The notes beneath the pieces were generated by a model that worked only from the letters and a program-made list of their open reading frames with translations, made no database searches and was not told the origin of the DNA. The translations under genes were made by a program, and so were the position numbers. Below are positions 19,001 to 28,772 of a DNA stretch of 33,044 nt, one piece after another (positions within the stretch are counted from its first letter, which is position 1; every line of letters starts with the position of its first letter). The stretch comes from Burkholderiaceae bacterium (GTDB lineage: Bacteria; Pseudomonadota; Gammaproteobacteria; Burkholderiales; Burkholderiaceae_D). The DNA is taken from NCBI GenBank assembly GCA_032111105.1, contig JAULVH010000212.1, forward strand, positions 2,341 through 35,384, written 5' to 3'.

Positions 19001-19629
19001 TTGTTCTCCGTCTTATAGTTAAAGCGCGTCCAGCCGGATGACATGCGCCAATCACCGCTGCCTAGTGCGTTAACTTGTATGAGTTTGGGAAGCTGCGATA
19101 CGTCTAAGCTAAATTGAATTGCCACCGTATAACTTGCATCGGGCTTGAGTGCGCCAGTCTCAGCAACGAGCCAGCGACCAGGGTGTCGCAGTAAGGCGAG
19201 CAAATCATCGAATCGTGAAAAACTTCTGTATAAACTTCCATCGACTGAAGCTCGGTACTGGCGCGTAAGAACGTTGTATGAAACGCGGATGTTGCGACTG
19301 GTTTTTATGGCGACATCATCAAGCCAATACCAGCGCGGCTTGGATACTTCGAGTTGGAGTTTGAAATGCAGTGGTATGCCGCGCGAGAGCGCATCTTCTA
19401 GCGCATGCGTCAGATCAACCGAGTAGTTAGTTGAGAGCGTATAACCTTCGTCAGTTGCTTCGAAGGTGGCGTCGATAAATTCTATGCCCTCTGCAGCCAA
19501 TGCAGGCAGGGTGGCCGTCATGCAAAGTGCTACCAGCCAGAATCCGGAGAAAATTTTTCGGATCCCAAACCAGAAACGGCGAGCGGCATGACATCGATGT
19601 GAAGGTGACACTAGCCTAAAAAATCCCAC
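18997..19629 (-). CDS. DUF4390 family exported protein (true start uncertain, probably downstream of 19629)
   Basis: Signal-peptide-like segment ending LPALAA, DALSRGIPLHF, PRWYWLD, SYNVLTRQYR, SQLPK; between rsmB and the kinase. Confidence 0.8.
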   Translation of the reverse strand: MGFFRLVSPSHRCHAARRFWFGIRKIFSGFWLVALCMTATLPALAAEGIEFIDATFEATDEGYTLSTNYSVDLTHALEDALSRGIPLHFKLQLEVSKPRWYWLDDVAIKTSRNIRVSYNVLTRQYRASVDGSLYRSFSRFDDLLALLRHPGRWLVAETGALKPDASYTVAIQFSLDVSQLPKLIQVNALGSGDWRMSSGWTRFNYKTENK

Positions 19630-19715
19630 GTATTCTTACCTTACACTTTGTGCCGGAACGGATAGCTGCCGGTGAGTGGTAAAAAAACCACGCTCTAAGA
19701 ACCCCGGCGATAGTA

Positions 19716-21008
19716 TCAAAACAAGGGCTTTTGGAGTAGTGCAAAAAATAAGCCGTCCTGATCGAGACTTGAGGATGCCGTTGGCAGCAGTTGCCCAGGG
19801 GCTGGCAACCGCACATGCGCATGGCGGCGGCAGAAAGCCTCAGCTTGCCGCTCGGATTCTTCGGGCCAGATAGAACACGTAACCAATAGCATCAATCCCC
19901 CGGGCCGCAGCATAGACCAGAGGTTATTCAGAATATCGGCCGCTAGTCGCGCCAATGCTGCAGAATCCTCGGGTCGTCTAAGCCAGCGTATGTCCGGATG
20001 GCGTCGCACTATGCCTGAAGCGGTGCAAGGCACATCAGCCAGAATTCGGTCAAATAACTGCCCATCCCACCAATCCTTGCGTCGTGCATCACCGCACAGG
20101 AGTTCTGCTTCGAAATCAAGCCGCTCCAGATTTTCTTCTACACGCTTTAGCCGGGCTTGGTCATTATCTAGCGCTAAAAGTCGTATATCCTCTAGCTCAA
20201 GTAAGTGCACGCTTTTCCCGCCCGGTGCCGCGCAAGCATCCAAAACCCGCATGCCTGGTTCCAGCTGCATTAAGGGTGCGGCCAATTGAGCCGCGGCGTC
20301 CTGCACCGAAACCCAACCCTCCAGAAAGCCTGGAATTTCAGACACGGGCGTGGGTTGAGCCAGTCGTACCGCACTAGGGCCTATCTGCGTTGCCTCGACC
20401 TGGTGCTGCGACAAAAGATCAAGATAGTCTTGAACACTACCTTTAAGCCGGTTGACTCTCAGCGTAAGCGGCGGGCGTTGATTACCTACGTTGAGAATTT
20501 CTTCCCACACCTCAGGCCACGCTGCACGGGCTTTGTCTATCCACCATTGTGGATAATTAAATCGCGCTTCATCAGATGCCTGCGCGGTAGCCAGCAACCT
20601 GTCTCGCTCGCGCAGAAAGCGCCGCAAGACCGCATTGACCACGCCTTTTGCGCGGGTTAGTTCAGGATCTGCGGCGCAGGCTGATACGGCCTGATCCACT
20701 ACAGTATGGTCGGCATACGGCTGGGTAGTGTCGGCCAATAATCCTAAACTAATGCACAAGAGTGAACCTAATCGTTCGGGTGATGGCGGTGAATCCAATA
20801 GCAAACCCATTAAGGCGTGACTTTGCCCCCAGCTTCGCATGCTGCGATAACAAAGATCTTGTATGGCTCCACGCGCCTGCGGCGTTGCTTGCAAGGCCGC
20901 AAACGTAGTGTTGAGCGCTTGGGGTAATGAGGTACCTGCACTAACTTTCTCTAACGCACGTGCAGCGCCATCGAGTGCGAACGCCAATGAATCAGGGACT
21001 AATTTCAT
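19716..21008 (-). CDS. rsmB: 16S rRNA m5C967 methyltransferase RsmB (Sun/Fmu)
   Basis: NusB-like N-terminus (VVNAVLRRF), VQDAAAQ, LDACAAPGGKS, DVPCTASG, TCS; ATG 21008 overlaps the hydrolase stop codon. Confidence 0.94.
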   Translation of the reverse strand: MKLVPDSLAFALDGAARALEKVSAGTSLPQALNTTFAALQATPQARGAIQDLCYRSMRSWGQSHALMGLLLDSPPSPERLGSLLCISLGLLADTTQPYADHTVVDQAVSACAADPELTRAKGVVNAVLRRFLRERDRLLATAQASDEARFNYPQWWIDKARAAWPEVWEEILNVGNQRPPLTLRVNRLKGSVQDYLDLLSQHQVEATQIGPSAVRLAQPTPVSEIPGFLEGWVSVQDAAAQLAAPLMQLEPGMRVLDACAAPGGKSVHLLELEDIRLLALDNDQARLKRVEENLERLDFEAELLCGDARRKDWWDGQLFDRILADVPCTASGIVRRHPDIRWLRRPEDSAALARLAADILNNLWSMLRPGGLMLLVTCSIWPEESERQAEAFCRRHAHVRLPAPGQLLPTASSSLDQDGLFFALLQKPLF

Positions 21009-21856
21009 GGTGCAACCTTGGCGGGCAAGTCCTCCAACCACGCCCCCACATCAGCAAACACAACAGTGGAGTTGAATTCGTTAAACAGCTCGTGGTAAAA
21101 ATTTTCGTAAGTATGTAAGCGTAAAAAGTTTTCCGGACAGGCGTGTGCAAATTTCAGGCTGCCCGACGAATCAACGAGTTTGTCGTTGCCAGCTACGAGT
21201 AGCACCGCAGGCAGGTTAAGCGTAGCAGCGTGTGCATAAACATCAGCCATAGCATCGAGCATGGAATTAAGTAATCGAGCGCTGATGCGGCCATGGACTA
21301 ACTCGTCGTTACGATACGATGCAACGACTTTAGGATCGTGCGACAGGTGGGTGGTTTTTAATCCGTTGGAAAGTGTGAGCCCAGGTGCTATAGAACTCAG
21401 CACTTTTAGCAGAGCACGTTGAACAAAATTCATTTTTATCGCGAGTGCGGGTGCTGATAAAACAAGACCATCCAAAGTACACGCTCCGGACAACGCGACC
21501 TTTGCAGCAAACAAGCCTCCCATGCTATGTCCCAGCAATAAATGCCGCGATACCGATGCCGGGCAGTTAGTTTGCCAGTGCCCTATGACTGCAAGCGCAT
21601 CATCGACCAATGCATTTTGATGAGGAATATCACCACGCTCACCCTGGGATTTTCCATGGCCGCGATGATCATAGGAGCGTACCGCAAAGCCACGGGCACA
21701 AAAATAGTCAGCGACATGCGCATAACGACCGCTATGTTCGCCTAGGCCATGCATGAAGACTATGCTTGAGTGAGCGGCGCCCGCAGGAAAATAATCTGCG
21801 CAGTGCAGCCGCGTGCCATCCTGCATGATCAGCGTTGAAAACTGGGCCTTAGCCAT
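21005..21856 (-). CDS. Alpha/beta hydrolase, lysophospholipase/monoacylglycerol lipase-like
   Basis: HGLGEHSGRY, DHRGHGKS, GHSMGG nucleophile elbow, YHELFNE; ATG 21856 in a TAATG overlap. Confidence 0.88.
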   Translation of the reverse strand: MAKAQFSTLIMQDGTRLHCADYFPAGAAHSSIVFMHGLGEHSGRYAHVADYFCARGFAVRSYDHRGHGKSQGERGDIPHQNALVDDALAVIGHWQTNCPASVSRHLLLGHSMGGLFAAKVALSGACTLDGLVLSAPALAIKMNFVQRALLKVLSSIAPGLTLSNGLKTTHLSHDPKVVASYRNDELVHGRISARLLNSMLDAMADVYAHAATLNLPAVLLVAGNDKLVDSSGSLKFAHACPENFLRLHTYENFYHELFNEFNSTVVFADVGAWLEDLPAKVAP

Positions 21857-22191
21857 TACACGCCCCACATCACGAATGTTTTTTCTTTACTGGCAGCGCG
21901 CATCATTTCAAGCAGAGGAAAGGCGCGAGCGCCGAAGCTAACTTTTTTACCCGAGTCGATATCCTCACTGTTGTCGTTAGAGTCGGCTTGGTCTTGATCG
22001 TAATCGCTGGCAACAGGCATGCGCTTACTCTGAGCGATTTCATTTTCTAGTGTTGCGATAGCAGCAGGAATTTCCTCTTTTGTGATAACGCCTTGGTCCA
22101 GCTCTTTTTTTAAAATATCCAGCAGAGGCTTTGCGTGTGTTTTGTACATGAGTACATCGGCAGCCGCACTCGATTTAAAGGTAATCAACAT
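21856..22191 (-). CDS. DUF1840 family protein
   Basis: MLITFKSSAAADVLM...GVIT...VSFGARAFPLLEM...VMWGV pattern. Confidence 0.82.
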   Translation of the reverse strand: MLITFKSSAAADVLMYKTHAKPLLDILKKELDQGVITKEEIPAAIATLENEIAQSKRMPVASDYDQDQADSNDNSEDIDSGKKVSFGARAFPLLEMMRAASKEKTFVMWGV

Positions 22192-22253
22192 AAACGTCTC
22201 GATAGAAAAATGAATAGTATTTCAGCAGTATGCGCTATCGATGGAGTGATTTC

Positions 22254-23534
22254 TCAAGCACTACTCGCTGTTTTAACTAGAGGATCAAATCGTGCCTTGC
22301 TAAGCACAAACTGTATGAGCGCCAACAATTGCACCGCCAGGTAAACCGCCCAAGCTAGTCGCATGGCAGGGGAGTAATCCCAGCCATAGTCAACAAAAAC
22401 ATCAATCAACAAACCTAAGCCCCATTGAACGCTGAAGGCACCAATAAACAGGGTGAGATTGTAGGCACTGTTGACCTGTCCGACTTGGGTGGATGGAAAG
22501 GACAAGCTGACATGTGTTTGCGCCAGCGTCGATACGGTCACTAATAATGAAAAAGGTATCCAAAGTAACCAAGCCCAATCGTAGGGCAGCAGCAGCATGG
22601 AAAGCTGTAGCGCGATAGATAAACCTAATCCTATACCCACAACTTTCAACGCGGGCCAGCCAGGCTTGTCGCTATAAGAAACGCGCCGTGGTGCCCACCA
22701 TGACAACATCACATACGACAGCATCAGACAAAAATTAAAAGCAAACAGTGCCTGCGATGTTTGTGTTGCGGATAAACCCAGCACACGCATCATCCACGGA
22801 CCCGCCCACAAGGTCTGGACCGCCATGAAGCCGCCTTGATGCACGCCACCCAACAAGGCCATGCGCCGAAAATAAGGATGGCTAAATATCTGTCGATACG
22901 AAAGCGAATCGGAAGCTGAGCCGCGATGTATGGTCTGCGCCATGTGCTCATGTTCGACCTTGCGCAATTGGAAGAACACGAGTGTGGCCGCCATGATGAC
23001 CAGCGCACACATCACCCAGAAGACGCCGCGCCAGCCTATCACCGGTAGGGCAGCGGCAACGGGTACCGTTGTTGACAGTGCGCCTGCCGTACCAAACACA
23101 AGCATCCAACTAGCGAGTTGGCTTTGGCGTTCTGGTGCGTACCAGCTGCGATAGGCTTTGAGTGGCGCCATCAAGCAGGCAGAGACACCCACGCCTATCA
23201 GCGCGCGACCTATCCATAAGCCTGTCAGCGTAGAGCTAGTGGCAAACAGAGCCACGCCTGCCGCCGCAAACAGCAGCAAGGCCGATTCTGTGCGGCGAGG
23301 TCCATGTTTATCCAGCCACAAACCTAGTGGCAGCTGTAGGCACGCAAAGCCCAAGAAGTACGCTGACGATAACAAACCTAAATCAGCGTTAGACAACTGC
23401 AGATCGGTAACCAGATCGGGTGCGATAACGGCGTTGATTGCACGAAAAGCGTACGAAAGAAAATACGCTGCTGCAAAAACCAGAACAACGTGCAGGCCAG
23501 CTTTGCCTTCAAGGTAAGTGCGTGTATCCGGCAT
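22254..23534 (-). CDS. Major facilitator superfamily transporter
   Basis: About 12 hydrophobic segments; motif A GLWLDKHGPRR; GRALIGVG. Confidence 0.9.
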   Translation of the reverse strand: MPDTRTYLEGKAGLHVVLVFAAAYFLSYAFRAINAVIAPDLVTDLQLSNADLGLLSSAYFLGFACLQLPLGLWLDKHGPRRTESALLLFAAAGVALFATSSTLTGLWIGRALIGVGVSACLMAPLKAYRSWYAPERQSQLASWMLVFGTAGALSTTVPVAAALPVIGWRGVFWVMCALVIMAATLVFFQLRKVEHEHMAQTIHRGSASDSLSYRQIFSHPYFRRMALLGGVHQGGFMAVQTLWAGPWMMRVLGLSATQTSQALFAFNFCLMLSYVMLSWWAPRRVSYSDKPGWPALKVVGIGLGLSIALQLSMLLLPYDWAWLLWIPFSLLVTVSTLAQTHVSLSFPSTQVGQVNSAYNLTLFIGAFSVQWGLGLLIDVFVDYGWDYSPAMRLAWAVYLAVQLLALIQFVLSKARFDPLVKTASSA

Positions 23535-24061
23535 TAGCGCGCACTAAAGGAGGATAAAAACGTATCGGCAATGTCGTCAGTCAGTTTTTCCGGCGGCCCT
23601 AAAGCGATGACCTGAAAAACATAGTGATCACGCACGCCAAAGCGAGCGAACAAACTGAGTTTGCGGCCAGACGTTGTGGCACCTAGTGCTCGTATTTCCG
23701 TCATCACCGTGCCGTCTTTTAGCGGGATGTTTTTTTGCTGAGTAATTTCGCCATGTATATTTTGCAGCATGGCTTTTTGCAGCGCGAGTAGCGCGGCATT
23801 ACGTTGAGCGTCGTTGTCAATCTTGGCGCTGGCAACAGCAAAATTGATATCGTCGGTTTCGGCCGCCGTCATGCTCATCGTCAGCGTCTGACCATCCAGA
23901 GTGATGTCACGCGTATGGCTGCTGGGTTTTGCTGGCAACAGCACGATATAAGACGGATCGATACCCTGTACTTCGCGCCAGTTGAAATTCGGGCTGCAAG
24001 CAGCACTCGCTATGGCGATAGCCGCAACTACGCCGATCAATAAGGATTTATTCGCAAACAT
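23534..24061 (-). CDS. Putative lipoprotein of unknown function
   Basis: Lys + hydrophobic signal + SAAC lipobox-like site followed by SPNFNWREV; TAATG overlap with the MFS gene. Confidence 0.72.
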   Translation of the reverse strand: MFANKSLLIGVVAAIAIASAACSPNFNWREVQGIDPSYIVLLPAKPSSHTRDITLDGQTLTMSMTAAETDDINFAVASAKIDNDAQRNAALLALQKAMLQNIHGEITQQKNIPLKDGTVMTEIRALGATTSGRKLSLFARFGVRDHYVFQVIALGPPEKLTDDIADTFLSSFSAR

Positions 24062-24068
24062 GACGCGG

Positions 24069-24077
24069 ATAGTAACA
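24069..24077 (-). promoter_or_regulatory. Extended -10 promoter 7 nt before the lipoprotein start codon (leaderless candidate)
   Basis: TGtTACTAT-ccgcgtc-ATG on the minus strand; no Shine-Dalgarno. Confidence 0.45.
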
Positions 24078-24128
24078 GTTGCGTGTGCAAATATGCTGTC
24101 AACTACTGAGGGCAGGCGATAGCCTAAA

Positions 24129-25646
24129 TCAGCTTTGAGTACTCAATGCGCGCCGGTATTGGATAGCCTCGGCTACATGTCCTGCGGTGATGCAGTCCTC
24201 GTGGGCCAGATCGGCGATGGTGCGCGCTAATTTCAAAACTCTGTGATAAGCGCGCGCCGACCACTGCAGCTTGTTCATGGCCGAGCGTAAAAGACTCTCA
24301 GCATCGGCGGCAGGTGCGCAAAAACGGTCGATTTCTTTTATTGATAATTGCGTATTATTTTTTTGTTGTCGCGCGTGTTGTCGGGCGCGGGCATGGCTTA
24401 CTCGCTCAGCAATTAAGACAGACGGTTCGCCAATTTCTGAGCGCAAGATATCGTCTGTTGATAAGGCAGCCACAGGCACCAGCATATCGATACGATCTAA
24501 CAGCGGACCAGAAATTTTCCCCTGGTAGCGCGCGATGCTATCGGGTGTGCAACGACACGTGCGTTTCGCATCCCCCAAATAACCGCAGGGACAAGGATTC
24601 ATAGCGGCGATCAGTTGAAAATGGCAAGGGAAAAGTGATTGCCGTGCAGCGCGCGAGATTGTGATGTGGCCGGACTCCAAAGGCTCGCGCAATACCTCCA
24701 GCACCTTGCGATCAAATTCGGGCAGCTCATCGAGAAACAATACGCCGTGATTGGCGAGTGAAATTTCACCGGGTCGCGGCTGACCGCCTCCGCCCACCAG
24801 TGCAACCGCCGATGCCGTGTGATGAGGGGCTCGAAATGGTCGCTGCCCCCACTGTTGGACCATGAAGCTGCCACTGAGTGACTGTACTGCCGCCGTTTCC
24901 AGAGATTCGGTATCGCTCATGGGTGGTAACAGGCCGGGTAAACGATTTGCCAGCATCGATTTACCTGCGCCCGGCGGCCCCACCATTAACGCGCTATGAC
25001 CCCCGGCGGCCGCGATTTCCATGGCTCGCCGTGCCAAGGGCTGGCCTTTAACATCGGCGAAATCGGGGTACTGTCCGCCAGATTTAATGGGCGTTTGCAG
25101 GTTACGGGTGAGTCGGGCGGCGGGGTCTTTGCTAGTGAAATGCGCGCATACCTGCAGCAATGATTCGGCGGGATAGATTTCGGCGTTGGCCACCAGCGCG
25201 GCTTCAGCGGCATTGGCTTGGGGCAGTATGAATGCGCGTTGAGTATCTCCCAGCTGCTGTATGGCATAGCTCATGGCCAGTGAGGCGCGTATCGGCCGCA
25301 GCGCGCCTGACAGCGACAATTCGCCCGCAAATTCATAGCGATCCAGTTCTGTTGAGGGTAGCTGGCCAGAGGCGGCCAAGATACCTAGCGCTATCGGCAG
25401 ATCGAATCGACCGGATTCTTTGGGAAGGTCCGCTGGGGCGAGATTGACGGTGACGCGCCCGGCTGGAAAATCGAAGCCACTGTTGTGGATGGCAGCTCTT
25501 ACCCTATCCTTGGATTCGCGTACTTCAGCTTCGGCTAAGCCTACGATGGTGAAAGCAGGCAGCCCATTGGCTAAATGGACTTCAACCGTGACTGCGGGCG
25601 CGGCTAGTCCGGCTAGCGCGCGGCTGCGAAGGACCGCCAGCCCCAT
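24129..25646 (-). CDS. comM: ComM/YifB Mg-chelatase-like AAA+ ATPase
   Basis: VEVHLANGLPAFTIVGL, NLAPADLPK, GPPGAGKS Walker A, LFLDELPEF, MNPCPCG, SGPLLDRID. Confidence 0.94.
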   Translation of the reverse strand: MGLAVLRSRALAGLAAPAVTVEVHLANGLPAFTIVGLAEAEVRESKDRVRAAIHNSGFDFPAGRVTVNLAPADLPKESGRFDLPIALGILAASGQLPSTELDRYEFAGELSLSGALRPIRASLAMSYAIQQLGDTQRAFILPQANAAEAALVANAEIYPAESLLQVCAHFTSKDPAARLTRNLQTPIKSGGQYPDFADVKGQPLARRAMEIAAAGGHSALMVGPPGAGKSMLANRLPGLLPPMSDTESLETAAVQSLSGSFMVQQWGQRPFRAPHHTASAVALVGGGGQPRPGEISLANHGVLFLDELPEFDRKVLEVLREPLESGHITISRAARQSLFPCHFQLIAAMNPCPCGYLGDAKRTCRCTPDSIARYQGKISGPLLDRIDMLVPVAALSTDDILRSEIGEPSVLIAERVSHARARQHARQQKNNTQLSIKEIDRFCAPAADAESLLRSAMNKLQWSARAYHRVLKLARTIADLAHEDCITAGHVAEAIQYRRALSTQS

Positions 25647-25650
25647 GGGT

Positions 25651-25893
25651 TTATGGCTTCAGACGTGATTCGAGTTCGGCCACTCGGGCTTCCAAGGCTT
25701 CCAGCCGAGCGCGGGTGCGCTGGAGTACCTCGGATTGGATATCAAATTCTTCGCGAGTGAGCAAATCGAGCTTAGAAAACCCCTGATTCAGCATGGCTTT
25801 CATGTTCTTCTCAATGTCCTTGGCGGGGGATTGTTGAAGCACTTCACTGATTTTTGATTGCAATTCGGTGAGAAAACTTGGTTTGGTAGTCAT
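25651..25893 (-). CDS. ubiK: Ubiquinone biosynthesis accessory factor UbiK (YqiC/BMFP family)
   Basis: KLDLLTREEFDIQSEVLQRTRARLEALEARVAELE coiled coil; usual position between glnK locus and comM. Confidence 0.88.
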   Translation of the reverse strand: MTTKPSFLTELQSKISEVLQQSPAKDIEKNMKAMLNQGFSKLDLLTREEFDIQSEVLQRTRARLEALEARVAELESRLKP

Positions 25894-25914
25894 AAGATTT
25901 GCTAGGATGAAATA

Positions 25915-25950
25915 TGCACCAATTTAAAGCGCGCGCGCTTTGATGGTGCG
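25915..25950. promoter_or_regulatory. Tandem NtrC-like enhancer sites
   Basis: TGCACCAATTTAAAGCG (25915-25931) and CGCGCTTTGATGGTGCG (25934-25950) versus TGCACCA-N3-TGGTGCA; about 85-120 bp upstream of a sigma54 promoter. Confidence 0.7.
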
Positions 25951-26033
25951 TTGGTGGCGTCAAGGCTGCGTTTAATCAAGCCCTGATGCTAACTTAATTA
26001 GCCGAAATGACAAGAGAATTCCTTGTTTTCGGC

Positions 26034-26049
26034 TGGCACATGTCCTGCT
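26034..26049 (+). promoter_or_regulatory. Sigma54 (-24/-12) promoter of the torF-glnK-amtB operon
   Basis: TGGCACatgtcCTGCT with exact GG-N10-GC spacing. Confidence 0.85.
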
Positions 26050-26115
26050 TATGTAGCCCATGCACACCTGACAATCGTGGGCAGGTTTTATTATTAAATA
26101 TCAACAAGGAAAACC

Positions 26116-26871
26116 ATGAAAAAACTTATTCTCGCTAGCGCAATTCTGGCGGCATTCGGCGCTAATGTCGCTCAAGCAGCGGATGCAGCACCTGCACCAG
26201 AACACGCATTTAGTTATAACGCGGGTGTGGCTAGTGAATATCGCTATCGCGGTATTTCGCAATCCCGCTTTAAGCCAGCCTACAGTGTGGGCGTTGATTA
26301 CGCACACAATCCAAGTGGTCTATACCTTGGCGCCTGGGCTTCTACTATTAAGTGGATTAAAGACGGTGGAGCGACTGACGGCAAGTACGAAATAGATTTT
26401 TACGGTGGTAAAAAGGGTGAAATCGCTCCGGATGTAGGTTACGACATTGGTGGTTTGTATTATTTGTACCCAAAGAACACCCTTGGCAATGTAGCTGGTT
26501 TTAGCAATGCCAATACCTTTGAGTTGTACGGAAAAATCAACAAGGGTCCTTACTATCTGAAGTATTCACATAGCTTGAGCGATCTTTTTGGCTTCCAAAA
26601 TAGCCATGGCAGCTACTACTTAGACGGCGGCGCTGATCTGCCACTGGCCGAAGGCCTGGTTCTGAATTTACACGTTGGTCATCAGAAGGTAGCTAATTTA
26701 TCTGCGGCTGACTTTACCGACTACAAAGTTGGTGTAACCAAAGATTTTGGATTTGTTTCTGCTTCCGCTGCCTACATTGCGGCTGACTCTGACAAGGCTG
26801 TCTACTACTCCCCTAACGGTACGAATACAGGCAAGGCCGCCTTAGTCGTTAGCCTAACCAAAGTTTTTTAA
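26116..26871 (+). CDS. TorF family putative outer-membrane porin (NlmA/gcw_chp-like)
   Basis: Signal peptide ending AQA, SEYRYRGISQS, EIDFYGG, C-terminal Phe; first gene before glnK-amtB. Confidence 0.85.
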   Translation: MKKLILASAILAAFGANVAQAADAAPAPEHAFSYNAGVASEYRYRGISQSRFKPAYSVGVDYAHNPSGLYLGAWASTIKWIKDGGATDGKYEIDFYGGKKGEIAPDVGYDIGGLYYLYPKNTLGNVAGFSNANTFELYGKINKGPYYLKYSHSLSDLFGFQNSHGSYYLDGGADLPLAEGLVLNLHVGHQKVANLSAADFTDYKVGVTKDFGFVSASAAYIAADSDKAVYYSPNGTNTGKAALVVSLTKVF

Positions 26872-27228
<357 letters not shown>

Positions 27229-27239
27229 GGGGACTGAAA

Positions 27240-28727
27240 ATGAAAAAATATTTTGCAAGCCTTTTGAGTGCTGGCCTGTTCTTATTGGCAGTGGGCATGA
27301 CACCCGTGGTGTCCGCTGAGGACGCAGCACCAGCCGCAGCACCAGCGGCAACCGCGCCCGCAGCAGCACCTGCCGCAGCGGTAGCGGCACCTGCAGAGGC
27401 AGCAGCTCCGGCTGCTGTTCCGAACAAGGGTGACACCGCATGGATGATCGTAGCGACCCTACTCGTCATCATGATGTCGATTCCTGGTCTGGCATTGTTT
27501 TATGGCGGTTTAGTACGATCTAAAAACATGCTGTCGGTGCTCATGCAAGTGATGATGATTTTCAGCCTTATTACCGTTCTTTGGTTTGTGTATGGCTATT
27601 CACTGGCTTTCACAGAGGGGGGCAGTTTCTTTGGTTCTTTTGATCGCCTCTTCATGAAAGGTTTAACACCTGATTCTCCTGGTGCGACGTTCAGTAAAGG
27701 CGTCGTGATTCCAGAGATGATCTTTGCGTGTTTCCAAGCGACGTTTGCAGCGATTACCTGTGGCTTGATAGTTGGTGCATTCGCAGAACGCATCAAGTTT
27801 GCGGCGGTGGTGTTGTTCGTCGTTATTTGGTTCACGTTCTCGTACATACCAATCGCACACATGGTTTGGTTCTGGCCTGGCCCTGATGCATTTACTGATG
27901 CCGCTGCTGCTGAGAAAGCTACTGCAGTCTCTGGATGGTTGTTCCAGAAAGGCGCGTTGGATTTTGCCGGCGGTACCGTGGTTCACATCAACGCCGCAGT
28001 TGCGGGCTTGGTTGGTGCCATCTTGGTAGGCAAGCGCATTGGTTTGGGTCGCGAAGCTATGACACCTCACTCGTTGACGTTGACTATGGTCGGCGCCTCG
28101 TTGTTGTGGGTGGGCTGGTTTGGCTTTAACGCAGGTTCAGCATTAGAAGCGAATGGTTCGGCTACCCTTGCATTTGCAAACACCTTGCTGGCAACCGCGG
28201 GTGCGGTGGTTTCATGGAGCTTTGCCGAATGGATACTCAAAGGTAAGCCTTCCATGTTGGGTGCAGCATCGGGTGCAGTTGCAGGTTTGGTGGCAATTAC
28301 TCCTGCAGCGGGCTTCGTTGGCCTGATGGGTGGTTTGGTCATTGGCCTGTTGGCTGGTGTGATCTGCCTCTGGGGTGTTAACGGCCTCAAGCGCCTACTC
28401 GGTGCCGATGATTCGCTGGATGTATTTGGCGTACACGGTGTGGGTGGCATTTTGGGGGCAATCCTTACAGGTGTGTTTGCTGCGCCATCACTGGGCGGTA
28501 CAGGCATCTATGACTACGTTGCTAATGCTGTTGCACCGGAGTACTCGATTTCCGGTCAAGTATGGATACAGTTCCAGGCAGTGCTGACAACGATAATCTG
28601 GTCTGGCATTGTGGCCTTCATAGCCTACAAAATTACTGACATGGTGGTTGGTCTGCGTGTCACCGAAGAGGAAGAGCGTGAAGGTCTGGACATCAGCAGT
28701 CACGGCGAAACGGCTTACCATTCCTAA
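27240..28727 (+). CDS. amtB: Ammonium transporter AmtB
   Basis: Signal peptide, PGLALFYGGLVRSKN, DFAGGTVVHINA, GWFGFNAGS, DDSLDVFGVHGVGG, EEEREGLD...HGETAY. Confidence 0.97.
   Translation: MKKYFASLLSAGLFLLAVGMTPVVSAEDAAPAAAPAATAPAAAPAAAVAAPAEAAAPAAVPNKGDTAWMIVATLLVIMMSIPGLALFYGGLVRSKNMLSVLMQVMMIFSLITVLWFVYGYSLAFTEGGSFFGSFDRLFMKGLTPDSPGATFSKGVVIPEMIFACFQATFAAITCGLIVGAFAERIKFAAVVLFVVIWFTFSYIPIAHMVWFWPGPDAFTDAAAAEKATAVSGWLFQKGALDFAGGTVVHINAAVAGLVGAILVGKRIGLGREAMTPHSLTLTMVGASLLWVGWFGFNAGSALEANGSATLAFANTLLATAGAVVSWSFAEWILKGKPSMLGAASGAVAGLVAITPAAGFVGLMGGLVIGLLAGVICLWGVNGLKRLLGADDSLDVFGVHGVGGILGAILTGVFAAPSLGGTGIYDYVANAVAPEYSISGQVWIQFQAVLTTIIWSGIVAFIAYKITDMVVGLRVTEEEEREGLDISSHGETAYHS
27324..27422 (+). 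repeat. Ala/Pro-rich low-complexity linker at the mature AmtB N-terminus
   Basis: AAPAAAPAATAPAAAPAAAVAAPAEAAAPAAVP with recurring GCAGCACC units. Confidence 0.7.
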
Positions 28728-28772
28728 GATGAATTAGTCTCCTCTGCAGCACCGGCTCAGGGCATCGAGCCT

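Noticed and set aside
22199-22241. TCGATAG/CTATCGA inverted repeat between the MFS and DUF1840 genes
   Set aside because: Only 7 bp with a 29-nt spacer and no U tract; not distinguishable from chance.
5757-25646. dprA, TsaP-like LysM gene and comM as a possible competence island or comM-integrated element
   Set aside because: All sit in their usual conserved neighbourhoods; comM is intact and no integrase, att repeat or compositional shift is visible.
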